64,000 nucleotides of DNA from Sphingomonas sp. (GTDB lineage Bacteria; Pseudomonadota; Alphaproteobacteria; Sphingomonadales; Sphingomonadaceae): positions 3,011-67,010 of the forward strand of contig DATJIN010000003.1 of assembly GCA_035493275.1 (NCBI GenBank), in the 5' to 3' direction. Below, piece after piece: positions 17,250 to 26,456 of the stretch; the first letter of the stretch is position 1; every line of letters begins with the position of its first letter. Made by a program: the position numbers and the translations under genes. The notes below the pieces were generated by a model that was not told the origin of the DNA, did not search any database, and saw nothing but the letters and a program-made list of their open reading frames with translations.

Positions 17250-18400
17250 TCCTGCCCGCGGGCGACTGGCGGTCGCGCGTCAGCCTGATCGAGCTGGTCG
17301 CGCTGCTCGGCGGCGACGCGGAGACGCGCGCCGTCGGTGGTGCCGTGCGCGATACCCTGCTGGGATTGCCGGTGGCCGATATCGACCTCGCGACCCGTCT
17401 GCTGCCAGACGACGTGATGGCGCGGGTCAAGACGAGCCGGTTCAAGGTGGTGCCCACGGGTCTGAAGCACGGCACCGTCACCGCGGTGACGCCCGACGGT
17501 CCGGTCGAAATCACCACGCTGCGCCGCGATGTCGCGACCGACGGCCGCCATGCCGAAGTCGCCTTCACCAATGATTGGCGAGCTGACGCCGCGCGCCGCG
17601 ATTTCACAATCAATGCGCTCTACGGCGACATCGCTGACGGCGAGGTCACCGATTATTTCGGGGGATTAGAAGACCTTGAGGCGCGGCGCGTGCGCTTCAT
17701 CGGCGAACCGCTCGAGCGCATTGCGGAGGACCATTTGCGCATCCTCCGTTTCTTCCGCTTTCACGCGCGCTTCGGCCGCGGCGCTCCCGATGCCGACGGT
17801 TTGGCGGCCTGCAAGGCGCGCGCGAACGACCTAATGGCCTTGTCGCGTGAGCGAATCGCCAATGAGTTGCTAAGACTGCTGGCCGATGAAGATCCCGCGC
17901 CGACGCTGGCGGTGATGGTCGAGCACGGCATTTTGAAGCCGGTGCTCCCCGAAATCGATGCGGCCGGTGTGGCACGTTTGGCGGCGTTGGTGCGGTTGGA
18001 ACGCGAAGGCTCCGCAATCCGGCGGCTGGCGGCGGTACTCGGCCCCGACCCCGCGCTCGCCGCCGACGTGACGGGGCGGCTGCGGCTGTCCAAGCAGCAG
18101 GGCAAGCGGCTGACTATCGCTGCGGGTTGGCAAGACGGCGGCAAGCCGGCGGCACTGGCCTATCGCCTGGGCTTCGAAGGCGCGCAGGATCAACTGCTGT
18201 TGCGTGGTGAAGCAGAAGCAGCGGCGGCGCTGACCCCGCCCCCCGCGCTCCCCCTGCGCGGCGCCGATCTGCTGGCGCGAGGCTTGTCCGGCCCGGCCGT
18301 CGGCCGCGCGCTCAACCGGATCGAAGCGGCATGGATCGAGGCGGATTTCCCGCAAGGAACAGACTTCGATGTGTTGCTCGCCCAACAGCTCGCCCGTTGA
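17246..18400 (+). CDS. cca: CCA tRNA nucleotidyltransferase
   Basis: VGGAVRD, DIDLAT, EITTLRRD, RRDFTINAL, EDHLRILRFFRF. Confidence 0.93.
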   Translation: MILPAGDWRSRVSLIELVALLGGDAETRAVGGAVRDTLLGLPVADIDLATRLLPDDVMARVKTSRFKVVPTGLKHGTVTAVTPDGPVEITTLRRDVATDGRHAEVAFTNDWRADAARRDFTINALYGDIADGEVTDYFGGLEDLEARRVRFIGEPLERIAEDHLRILRFFRFHARFGRGAPDADGLAACKARANDLMALSRERIANELLRLLADEDPAPTLAVMVEHGILKPVLPEIDAAGVARLAALVRLEREGSAIRRLAAVLGPDPALAADVTGRLRLSKQQGKRLTIAAGWQDGGKPAALAYRLGFEGAQDQLLLRGEAEAAAALTPPPALPLRGADLLARGLSGPAVGRALNRIEAAWIEADFPQGTDFDVLLAQQLAR

Positions 18401-18434
18401 CCGCGAGCCCGCCGCACCTTAGCGGCGCGAGCAT

Positions 18435-18508
18435 GCGGGTGTAGCTCAATGGTAGAGCAGAAGCCTTCCAAGCTTACGACGAGGGTTCGATTCCCTTCAC
18501 CCGCTCCA
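18435..18508 (+). tRNA. tRNA-Gly(TCC)
   Basis: GCGGGTG stem, AAGC-CT-TCC-AA-GCTT anticodon arm, GTTCGATTC, TCCA end. Confidence 0.97.
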
Positions 18509-18516
18509 GCCGTTCG

Positions 18517-18768
18517 CTATCGCTGGCCATGCGACCAGCCGTCGATAGGCCGTTCGCGCGCCTTGCGTTTGGCCATCCGCGCCAGCCGCCGATCAAGCCA
18601 ATACCCCAGCAGGAAGATCCCGCCGAGCACGGGCAACGGCGCCAGGATGAACAGCGTCAAACCTGCGGCGTCGATCACCGTTGAAATCAATTTTGCCCAC
18701 AGGGTGGCGAGCACGACCGCTGCAGCCAGCAAGATAAGCAGAGACACGGCGCGCGCGAGAACCAGCAT
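18517..18768 (-). CDS. Small membrane protein (2 TM, basic tail)
   Basis: Two hydrophobic helices then RRLARMAKRKARER. Confidence 0.55.
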   Translation of the reverse strand: MLVLARAVSLLILLAAAVVLATLWAKLISTVIDAAGLTLFILAPLPVLGGIFLLGYWLDRRLARMAKRKARERPIDGWSHGQR

Positions 18769-18819
18769 CGGCCAAGCCTATCAGGCAGCCGAGCACTGTC
18801 CAGCCCGGCTTGCCAGCGA

Positions 18820-19182
18820 TCAGTCCGCCAGTGTTCTGAATTTCGGCGCGCTCTGCCCGTTCGTCGACACGCTGACGCCGACCGCGCCGCACCCAGCCAG
18901 AATCGCCTCCACCCCGCATTTGAGCTTGGGCGCGCTGGCCAACCGGTTGCGCTGCCCCGAGACGGTTTCCGCGCGCGGATCGCCCGCGTCATATTGAATC
19001 AGCGGGACGCGCCATTTGTCGGCCGCCCTCCGCCCGCAGACGGTGATTTCGTTGGAACCAGTCGGCCGCGAACAGCGGTGAACCACGACCTGCGTCATCG
19101 CTTCATATCGCTCGATCGGACCAGCCTGCACTTGGGCAGGAAGCAGTAACGCAACCCCGAGTCCCATCCTCGACAGTCTCAT
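18820..19182 (-). CDS. Hypothetical exported protein
   Basis: GGGGAG RBS, signal peptide, C..EITVCGRR..WRVP motif, 4 Cys. Confidence 0.7.
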   Translation of the reverse strand: MRLSRMGLGVALLLPAQVQAGPIERYEAMTQVVVHRCSRPTGSNEITVCGRRAADKWRVPLIQYDAGDPRAETVSGQRNRLASAPKLKCGVEAILAGCGAVGVSVSTNGQSAPKFRTLAD

Positions 19183-19228
19183 CGCGCTCCCCTATCGGCA
19201 CCGCCAATCCGGAGAGCTATCACACATC

Positions 19229-20203
19229 ATGACCAAAGCCAGCGCCGTTCTCGATCGCGTCCTCGTCCTCGAAATGGTCCGCGTGACCGAAGCGGCGGCA
19301 ATCGCGGCCTCCACGTTGATCGGGCGCGGCGACGAAAAGGCGGCGGACGCGGCGGCGGTCGAGGCGATGCGTGCAGCTTTGAACGACCTGTACATGGATG
19401 GCACCGTCGTCATCGGCGAAGGCGAACGGGACGAGGCGCCGATGCTGTACATCGGCGAAAAGGTCGGTGCGGCGCAGGGCAGCGGTCCCAAAATCGATAT
19501 TGCGCTTGATCCGCTAGAAGGCACGACAATCACCGCTAAGGCCGGGCCGAACGCGCTTGCCGTGCTGGCGGCGGCGGAGGCGGGCAACCTGCTCAATGCA
19601 CCGGACGTTTATATGGACAAGCTCGCCTGCGGGCCGGGTTATCCGCCGGGCGTCATCGATCTCGCCAAATCACCGACCGAAAATGTCCGCGCACTCGCCA
19701 TGGCCAAGGGCGTGCAGCCTGACGAGATCATCGTTTGCGTGCTTGATCGCCCGCGGCACGAAGCGCTGATCGCCGAGTTGCGCGCGCTCGGGTGCGGGAT
19801 CATGCTGATCCCCGACGGCGACGTTGCTGGCGTCATCGCCACGACCAACCCCGACACGACGATTGATATGTACATGGGTTCGGGCGGCGCCCCCGAAGGC
19901 GTGCTGGCGGCGGCGGCTCTGCGCTGCGTCGGCGGGCAGTTCAAGGGCCGCCTGCTGTTCCGCAATGACGACGAACGCGGCCGCGCACGCAAATGGGGCA
20001 TCGAGGATCTCGACCACATTTACGACCTCGAGGAATTGGCCAAGGGCGACTGCATCTTTGCCGCGACCGGCGTCACCGATGGTTCGCTCCTCGATGGCGT
20101 CAAGCGGATGAAGGATGGCCTGATGACCACACATACCGTGGTGATGCGCGCCAGTTCCGGCACGGTCCGCTGGGTGCGCGGCGAACACCGCAAGCGCGAC
20201 TAA
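19229..20203 (+). CDS. glpX: Class II fructose-1,6-bisphosphatase
   Basis: VVIGEGERDEAPMLYIGE, DPLEGT, GGAPEGVL, ATGVTDG. Confidence 0.98.
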   Translation: MTKASAVLDRVLVLEMVRVTEAAAIAASTLIGRGDEKAADAAAVEAMRAALNDLYMDGTVVIGEGERDEAPMLYIGEKVGAAQGSGPKIDIALDPLEGTTITAKAGPNALAVLAAAEAGNLLNAPDVYMDKLACGPGYPPGVIDLAKSPTENVRALAMAKGVQPDEIIVCVLDRPRHEALIAELRALGCGIMLIPDGDVAGVIATTNPDTTIDMYMGSGGAPEGVLAAAALRCVGGQFKGRLLFRNDDERGRARKWGIEDLDHIYDLEELAKGDCIFAATGVTDGSLLDGVKRMKDGLMTTHTVVMRASSGTVRWVRGEHRKRD

Positions 20204-20637
20204 AGCGCGTCGCGAAGCCGATCGAGCAGCGCATTGGCCGGGCTCGGCGGTGCGGCGTCAATATCCAAGCTCGCGTCGAGCCGAACGACGCGGCGATAAA
20301 GTTCGATGCTCCCCTCCGCCAGCGCGCGCGCCTCGTCGGGAAGTGCGGCGACCGTCGCGACGTCGCTGTTGATCGGCGTGCGCATGCGGTGCGCCTCGGC
20401 AAGCGCCTGTTGCGCCGTGATCTCACCGGCTTCGACGGCACGCTGGGTCAGCAGCCATGAGACGATATGCATCAGCCGTGTGGTGATCTTCAGGGCCTCG
20501 ACGCTGAACTGGACGCGTTCGAGCGGGGCCAGGGCGTCGCGGGCGGCATGGCACGATTCGTCGAAATAACCACGAGCCTCGTCGCCGAGCAGCATCGCCT
20601 CGGTATACAGGCTGTCGATCAGGCGGCGTTCGAGCAT
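20200..20637 (-). CDS. rcdA: RcdA (DUF1465), regulator of CtrA degradation
   Basis: LYTEAMLLGDEARGYFD, EALKITTRLMHIVSWLLTQRAVEAGEIT, LYRRVVRLD. Confidence 0.85.
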   Translation of the reverse strand: MLERRLIDSLYTEAMLLGDEARGYFDESCHAARDALAPLERVQFSVEALKITTRLMHIVSWLLTQRAVEAGEITAQQALAEAHRMRTPINSDVATVAALPDEARALAEGSIELYRRVVRLDASLDIDAAPPSPANALLDRLRDAL

Positions 20638-20669
20638 GCGAGATGAAGCCTTAGCTGAAAAAATATTGC

Positions 20670-20867
20670 CTAGGCGATAATATCGGGGATCAGTTGGTCG
20701 CGCAGCGCGCTGATTTGGTCCTTCAACTGCAGCTTGCGTTTTTTCAGCCGCGCGAGCGCGAGCTGATCCGAGCTGCCCTGAAACGCCAACGCGTCGATCG
20801 CCGCGTCGAGGTCTCGGTGCTCGGTGCTGAGCTCCTCGAGCTTCGCGATCAGCTGGCTTTCATCCAT
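20670..20867 (-). CDS. DUF465/YdcH family coiled-coil protein
   Basis: EHRDLDAAI...RLKKRKLQLKDQI...PDIIA. Confidence 0.88.
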   Translation of the reverse strand: MDESQLIAKLEELSTEHRDLDAAIDALAFQGSSDQLALARLKKRKLQLKDQISALRDQLIPDIIA

Positions 20868-20999
20868 ACCCGTCCGCGTAGCCAACGCCCTGCCGCGTGA
20901 AAAGACCGCCTTTCCGATACGCTTACGAAATTTGTGGAGACTTTTGTCGTCGAAAGTGATTCACTCCTCGACTCGACACTGAGCGAAGGAGACCATCTG

Positions 21000-21155
21000 A
21001 TGGACAGCGCACATGTTTCGGCCCTCAACATGAAGCACGCGGACTTCGACCGGCGTATCGCCGAAGAATCGCGTCGCCCTCACCCGGACAACGCGCTGCT
21101 CTCGATGCTCAAAAAACAAAAGTTGAAGATCAAGGAAGCGCTGACGCGCTCCTGA
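21000..21155 (+). CDS. DUF465/YdcH family coiled-coil protein
   Basis: GAAGGAG RBS; KHADFDRRIAEESRRPHPD...LKKQKLKIKEAL. Confidence 0.88.
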   Translation: MDSAHVSALNMKHADFDRRIAEESRRPHPDNALLSMLKKQKLKIKEALTRS

Positions 21156-21158
21156 CGA

Positions 21159-21476
21159 TCAAACCGCCTTCAGGCGGGGACGGCGGGCTTTGGCGGGATC
21201 GATCGGCGCCGAAAACGCCATTCCCGCCCGGTTCTCCTGGGTCCAGGCGATATGGCCCGGAACTTTGCCAAGGCCAGCGATCTCGGCAACGATCGCTTCA
21301 TCGACCGTCATCGGCACGTCACTTTCAACCATCATGCCGACAGTCGACAGATTGCGGACCGTCACCACAAAGGCAGCGCTGCCGGCGCGCTTCAGCTTCG
21401 CCGCGAGAACGAGGGTCTCGCGCTCTGCCTGGCGCGAATCAGCCGAAAGGGCCTTGATGTTGGTCATGTTACGCAT
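21159..21476 (-). CDS. Stand-alone PilZ domain protein
   Basis: RQAER (RxxxR) and NLSTVG (D/NxSxxG), AGMAF. Confidence 0.85.
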   Translation of the reverse strand: MRNMTNIKALSADSRQAERETLVLAAKLKRAGSAAFVVTVRNLSTVGMMVESDVPMTVDEAIVAEIAGLGKVPGHIAWTQENRAGMAFSAPIDPAKARRPRLKAV

Positions 21477-21522
21477 TTTGGTCGCGGGAATGGTTAGCGC
21501 AAGGGTTTATATAATCCCTTAA

Positions 21523-21969
21523 TCACTCGTCTCGGGACACCTTTTCCTGTCGCTCGTGACGTTCCTGCGCCTCGACCGACATGGTCGCGATCGGCCGTGC
21601 CTCGAGCCGGCCCAGCGAAATCGGCTCACCGGTCACTTCGCAATAGCCATATTCGCCGTCATCGATCCGGCGAAGCGCATCGTCGATCTTTGCAATCAAT
21701 TTACGTTGGCGATCGCGGGTGCGGAGTTCGATCGACCAGTCGGTCTCGCTCGACGCGCGATCGGTGGCGTCGGGTTCGCGCAAGGGCTCGGATTTCAGCG
21801 TGGCCAACGTCCCCGCGCCTTCGCGCAGGATGTCGTCCTTCCAGTTAAGCAACTTGTCACGGAAATAAGCCAACTGGCGCGGATTCATGAACTCTTCATC
21901 GGCACTCGGACGATATTCTGCCGGCGACGGTACCGCCGAATTGCTCACAGCCGATGCAACGCTCGCCAT
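21523..21969 (-). CDS. dksA: RNA polymerase-binding protein DksA
   Basis: EEFMNPRQLAYFR, DATDRASSE, ELRTRDRQRKLI, YGYCEVTGEPI. Confidence 0.97.
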   Translation of the reverse strand: MASVASAVSNSAVPSPAEYRPSADEEFMNPRQLAYFRDKLLNWKDDILREGAGTLATLKSEPLREPDATDRASSETDWSIELRTRDRQRKLIAKIDDALRRIDDGEYGYCEVTGEPISLGRLEARPIATMSVEAQERHERQEKVSRDE

Positions 21970-22081
21970 GCCATTCTCTCCGCCGGTCGCGGCCCCCGCC
22001 CTGACCTGAAGCGCGCCTATAGCAGCGCGTTGAGCCCAGACAAGCGACCGACTCGCCGCGATGCTGTTGCAAAAAACGAGT

Positions 22082-22097
22082 TAAATGAACGGTTAAC
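22082..22097. promoter_or_regulatory. CtrA-like box upstream of dksA
   Basis: TAAA-TGAACGG-TTAAC within GTTAAATGAACGGTTAAC. Confidence 0.55.
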
Positions 22098-22109
22098 GCG
22101 CTGAATTCG

Positions 22110-22562
22110 TTACGCCCGTCCCGCCCGCGTGCGAATCAGGCCGAGCGCGACGAAGCGCATCACCGGTTCGTCATGCTGGTTGAACACCGTGGTTTGGCTC
22201 CGGAATGAACCCATTTCCGGGCGGCTGCGTGAGGGCGCTTTACTGAGCAGTTCGGTTTCGCATCGCAGGACGTCCCCCGGATAGACGGGCTTCAGCCAGC
22301 GCAACTCGTCGATGCCCGCCGCGCCCAGCCCAGCCTGTTGCTGCTCGCCCATCGCCGCGACATTCATTGCCATCGTCATGGCGCAGGTGTGCCAACCCGA
22401 AGCCGACAACCGACCGAAATGCGTCGTCGCGGCCGCGTCGTCGTCGAGATGAAAGGGCTGCGGATCGTACTTCTTCGCGAACTCCAGGGCTTCCTCACAC
22501 CGGACTTCATAATGGCCAAATGCCCGCTTCGTGCCGACTTCCAGATCTTCGAAATACTGCAT
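22110..22562 (-). CDS. MaoC family dehydratase
   Basis: YDPQPFHLD, ASGWHT, LRWLKPVYPGD. Confidence 0.92.
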   Translation of the reverse strand: MQYFEDLEVGTKRAFGHYEVRCEEALEFAKKYDPQPFHLDDDAAATTHFGRLSASGWHTCAMTMAMNVAAMGEQQQAGLGAAGIDELRWLKPVYPGDVLRCETELLSKAPSRSRPEMGSFRSQTTVFNQHDEPVMRFVALGLIRTRAGRA

Positions 22563-22572
22563 CGGTCAGTCC

Positions 22573-23670
22573 TCAAACATTGAAGCGGAACAACATGACA
22601 TCACCGTCCTGAACGACATAGTCCTTGCCTTCGGAGCGTAGCTTGCCCGCGTCGCGCGCGCCGCTTTCGCCGCCGAGCCGCGCATAATCGTCATAGGCGA
22701 TGGTCTCAGCGCGGATGAAGCCACGTTCGAAGTCCGAATGGATCACACCAGCCGCCTGCGGCGCCTTGGCGCCCTTCGACAGGGTCCAGGCGCGCGATTC
22801 CTTCGGCCCCGCCGTGAAGAAGGTAATCAGGTCGAGCAACGCGTAGCCGGCGCGGACCACGCGGTTGAGCCCCGTTTCGGTGAGACCGAGGTCGGACAGG
22901 AATTCGGCGCGGTCATCGGCGCCGAGCGTGGCGATTTCGGCTTCGATTTCGGCCGACACGACCACGGCCTGCGCCCCCTCGGTCTTGGCGCGTTCGAACA
23001 CTTTTGCGGACAGCGCGTTTCCGTCGGCTGCCGAGCCTTCATCGACATTGCAGACGTACAGGACGGGCTTGGCGGTCAGCAGTTGCGCCTGGGCGAGAGC
23101 GCGCTCCTCCTCATCGCCATTGGCTTCGACACCGCGCGCGGGCTTGCCGTCGCGCAGCATGTCGAGAGCACGGCCGAGCACCGTCGCTGCGGCCTTGGCC
23201 TCCTTGTCCCCCGCCTGCCCCTTCTTCGCGAGCGCGGGCACGCGCTTTTCAAGGCTTTCGAGGTCGGACAGCATCAATTCGGTCTCGACAGTTTCGGCGT
23301 CGGCAATCGGATCGACCTTGCCCTCGACATGCGTCACTTCGCCTTCGAAGCAGCGCAGAACGTGAACGATGGCGTCGACTTCACGGATGTTGCCGAGGAA
23401 CTGGTTGCCCAGCCCTTCCCCGGTCGAGGCACCACGGACCAACCCCGCAATGTCGACGAACGCCAACTGCGTCTCGACCTTCTTCTGCGACTTGTTGATC
23501 TCGGCCAGCGTATCCAGCCGCGGATCGGGCACCGCGACCTGCCCGACATTGGGCTCGATCGTGCAAAACGGATAGTTCGCGGCCTGCGCCGCTGCCGTCT
23601 CGGTCAACGCGTTGAACAGAGTGGACTTGCCGACATTGGGCAGTCCGACGATGCCGCATTTGAAACCCAT
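22573..23670 (-). CDS. ychF: Redox-regulated ATPase YchF
   Basis: [34 protein letters not shown]. Confidence 0.99.
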   Translation of the reverse strand: MGFKCGIVGLPNVGKSTLFNALTETAAAQAANYPFCTIEPNVGQVAVPDPRLDTLAEINKSQKKVETQLAFVDIAGLVRGASTGEGLGNQFLGNIREVDAIVHVLRCFEGEVTHVEGKVDPIADAETVETELMLSDLESLEKRVPALAKKGQAGDKEAKAAATVLGRALDMLRDGKPARGVEANGDEEERALAQAQLLTAKPVLYVCNVDEGSAADGNALSAKVFERAKTEGAQAVVVSAEIEAEIATLGADDRAEFLSDLGLTETGLNRVVRAGYALLDLITFFTAGPKESRAWTLSKGAKAPQAAGVIHSDFERGFIRAETIAYDDYARLGGESGARDAGKLRSEGKDYVVQDGDVMLFRFNV

Positions 23671-25061
23671 TACTCGCCTTTTGCTTTCTCGTTCGTCTTG
23701 ATCTCGTCCGCGCGAAGCAGGAGCAGCGCAGATATCGCCGCTCCGGCTGCAGCAGCCGAAGCCGCCAGCGCCGCGAGATGGAATGCATTGATCAGATCAT
23801 CGCCTTTGGCCGCCAGAACGCCGCCGAGCAATGCCGTCGCGATCAGCCCCCCGGTCCGCGCTACGGCCGAGTTGAAGCCGTTGGCGGTACCGACATGGTC
23901 GCCATCGACCGATGCCATCACCGCGGTGGTCAACGGGGCCACTGCGCCGGCGAGACCAATAGCAATGACGAGCAGAGCCGGCAGCGTCGATGACCAGTAG
24001 CCTGCTTCTGGCGTCACGCGGACCATCAGTGCGAAGCCAACCGCAACGATCGCCGGGCCGACCGTCAACGGCAGGCGCGGGCCGATCCTTGCCGCGACGC
24101 CGCCCATGATGCGGCCGGAAATGCCGAGCACGGCAGGGAGCGGCAGCAGCGCGGCACCGGCACCCGCGGGGGAATAACCTTGACTTTCGATCAGCATGTA
24201 CGGGAGCACAACGAACAGGCCGCCGAGTGCCGCGTAGAGCAGGAAGGTGAGAATCGTCAGTCCGGCGAAACTCTTCGTACCGAACATCGCCAGCGGCATG
24301 ATCGCATGGTCACCACGGTGCCTTTCAAGCCAGACGAACACAACGAAGATCAGCACGCCCGCGCCAGCCGCTGCGCCGCCGAGCGCAGGCCGCGGGTTGT
24401 CGCCGCCTGCCGTGGTCAGTCCCCAAGTGATTGCACCAAGCGCCAGTGTCGCCAAAGCGACACCCGCCCAGTCGATTGCTCGCAGCTTATCCTCGCGTTT
24501 TTCTCGCACTTTGAACCAGCCGATGAGCAGAGCCCCGGCGGCAAGCGGCAGATTGACATAGAAGATCGCGCGCCAGCCGACGGTTTCGACTAGCCAGCCT
24601 CCGGCAAGAGGGCCGAGCGCACCAGCAATGGCACCAGCCGCGGCCCAAGTGCCGATTGCCCTGCCCCGTGCTTCGCCGTCGAACGCGCCGCCGAGCAGGG
24701 CCAGACTGTTGGGCATCAGCATGGCCGCGCCGATCCCTTGGATCACGCGGCCGGTGAGGAGCGCTTTAAGGCTTGGCGCCAGCGCGCAGATGATCGAGGC
24801 GATGGCGAACAGGATGATGCCGCCAAGGAACATGCGGCGGCGCCCGAAACGGTCGCCCAGTGCGCCGCCGAGCAGCAGCAGGGCCGAAAGCGGCAGGAGA
24901 TAGGCGTTGATGACCCATTGCAGTCCGACCGCACCGGTCTGCAAATCAGCCTTGATCGCGGGCAACGCAACGTTGGTCACCGAACCGTCGACGAAGGCGA
25001 GACTGGAGGCGAGGATCGATCCGGCGAGCGTCCAACGCTGGGTCACCGCCTTGTCGGTCAT
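23670..25061 (-). CDS. MFS transporter (DHA2/EmrB-QacA-like)
   Basis: DGSVTNVALP, LGDRFGRRR, GWRAIFYVNLP; many TM helices. Confidence 0.92.
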   Translation of the reverse strand: MTDKAVTQRWTLAGSILASSLAFVDGSVTNVALPAIKADLQTGAVGLQWVINAYLLPLSALLLLGGALGDRFGRRRMFLGGIILFAIASIICALAPSLKALLTGRVIQGIGAAMLMPNSLALLGGAFDGEARGRAIGTWAAAGAIAGALGPLAGGWLVETVGWRAIFYVNLPLAAGALLIGWFKVREKREDKLRAIDWAGVALATLALGAITWGLTTAGGDNPRPALGGAAAGAGVLIFVVFVWLERHRGDHAIMPLAMFGTKSFAGLTILTFLLYAALGGLFVVLPYMLIESQGYSPAGAGAALLPLPAVLGISGRIMGGVAARIGPRLPLTVGPAIVAVGFALMVRVTPEAGYWSSTLPALLVIAIGLAGAVAPLTTAVMASVDGDHVGTANGFNSAVARTGGLIATALLGGVLAAKGDDLINAFHLAALAASAAAAGAAISALLLLRADEIKTNEKAKGE

Positions 25062-25633
25062 GCCGGATCCTGCATCCGCAGTGCGACGTCATTCATGAAG
25101 CGAACGTCATCGCCCTTGGCCAGCCATTCGGCTTCGGTGGCGATGGCGGCGAGCAGATCGCTGAGCGGTTCGATTTCGCTTTTCGCGTAATTGCCGAGAA
25201 CGTAGCCGGTGACGCGGTCCTTGTGTCCCGGATGGCCGATGCCGATGCGCACGCGGCGGAATGCGTTGCCGATATGCGCCTCGGTCGAGCGCAGCCCGTT
25301 ATGCCCCGCCGTCCCACCACCGGTGCGAACCTTGAGCTTCATCGGGGCGAGGTCGAGTTCGTCGTGGAACACCGTAACGTCGCCGACATCGGCCTTGTAG
25401 AACCGCATCGCCTCTCCGACGCTCGCGCCGCTATCGTTCATGAAGGTCTGGGGTTTGAGAAGGAGGACGGTTTCGCCGCCGATGCGGCCCTGCGCGGCAA
25501 GGCCTTTGAATTTCACGCGCCACGGATCGCAATTGTAGCGATCGTGGATCACGTCAGCGGCCATGAAGCCGACATTGTGGCGCTGCATCGCGTGCAGCGG
25601 ACCGGGATTACCGAGGCCGACCCAAATCTGCAT
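25058..25633 (-). CDS. pth: Peptidyl-tRNA hydrolase
   Basis: GLGNPG, RHNVGF, KPQTFMN, HDELD, GHNGLRS. Confidence 0.98.
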   Translation of the reverse strand: MQIWVGLGNPGPLHAMQRHNVGFMAADVIHDRYNCDPWRVKFKGLAAQGRIGGETVLLLKPQTFMNDSGASVGEAMRFYKADVGDVTVFHDELDLAPMKLKVRTGGGTAGHNGLRSTEAHIGNAFRRVRIGIGHPGHKDRVTGYVLGNYAKSEIEPLSDLLAAIATEAEWLAKGDDVRFMNDVALRMQDPA

Positions 25634-25651
25634 CAGCGCCGGTGCATGACG

Positions 25652-25680
25652 AAGGGAGCGCGGGTCAACCCCGCGCTCCC
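25652..25680 (-). terminator. Stem-loop after rplY (weak U tail; terminator or stabiliser)
   Basis: GGGAGCGCGGG-TCAAC-CCCGCGCTCCC. Confidence 0.6.
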
Positions 25681-25687
25681 CGCATCA

Positions 25688-26365
25688 TTATTCGCCTTCG
25701 CCTTCGCTCGAAGCGTCGGCTTCGGGAGCGGCTTCGTCAGCAGCTGCCTCAGCGGTCGCCACTGCGTCTTCGTTGTCGCCTTCTTCGCTCTTCAGCGCCG
25801 ACGGGGCAACCAGCGTCGCGATGGTGAAGTCGCGATCGTCGATCGCCGAGACCACGCCCTTGGGCAAAGTCACCGCCGAGATGTGGATCGAATCGCCGAC
25901 TTCGAGGCCGGTCAGGTCGATCCGGATCTCGCTCGGGATTTCCGCCGCGTCGCACGTCAGTTCCAGCTCGTGACGGACGATGTTCAGCACGCCGCCGCGC
26001 TTGAGACCCGGCGAAGCTTCCTCGTTATCGAAATGCACCGGCACCGCGACGGTGATCTTGGCGTGTTCCGAAATGCGCAGGAAGTCCACGTGCAGCGGAC
26101 GGTCCGTGACGGGGTGGAAAGCGACGTCCTTGGGCAGCGTGCGGATGGCACCCTTGCCGCCGGCGTCGATCATCACCACCGAATTCATGAAGTGGCCCGT
26201 GTGCAGCGCCTTCATCAACGCCTTTTCCTCGACGTGAATCGACTGCGGGTCTTCTTTGTTGCCGTAAATCACGGCGGGCACGCGGCCTTCGCGGCGGAGA
26301 GCACGGGAGGCTCCCTTGCCTGCCCGCTCGCGCGCCTCGGCCGACAGCGTCAGCTGATCGCTCAT
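25688..26365 (-). CDS. rplY: 50S ribosomal protein L25/Ctc
   Basis: [32 protein letters not shown]; start ATG 26365 after GGAG. Confidence 0.98.
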   Translation of the reverse strand: MSDQLTLSAEARERAGKGASRALRREGRVPAVIYGNKEDPQSIHVEEKALMKALHTGHFMNSVVMIDAGGKGAIRTLPKDVAFHPVTDRPLHVDFLRISEHAKITVAVPVHFDNEEASPGLKRGGVLNIVRHELELTCDAAEIPSEIRIDLTGLEVGDSIHISAVTLPKGVVSAIDDRDFTIATLVAPSALKSEEGDNEDAVATAEAAADEAAPEADASSEGEGE

Positions 26366-26386
26366 GTTAAAACTCCAGTTTGCAAA

Positions 26387-26418
26387 ACCCGCACGCCTCC
26401 AGGGATGACCATACGGGT
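26387..26418 (-). promoter_or_regulatory. Putative structured rplY leader
   Basis: ACCCGTAT/GTGCGGGT stem around GGTCATCCCTGGAGGC, 21 nt before the ATG. Confidence 0.5.
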
Positions 26419-26456
26419 GGCGCGCCTGTAGCGAGACAGGCGCGGAAAGGCAAATT

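Noticed and set aside
10017-18508. tRNA-Leu and tRNA-Gly as island integration sites
   Set aside because: No integrase, no duplicated tRNA 3' end seen, and core genes flank both
21490-21525. CtrA boxes upstream of pilZ, and TTTA-N7-TTAG near 13572 upstream of tonB
   Set aside because: Spacing is N8 or there are two mismatches; too weak to call, although half-sites may act
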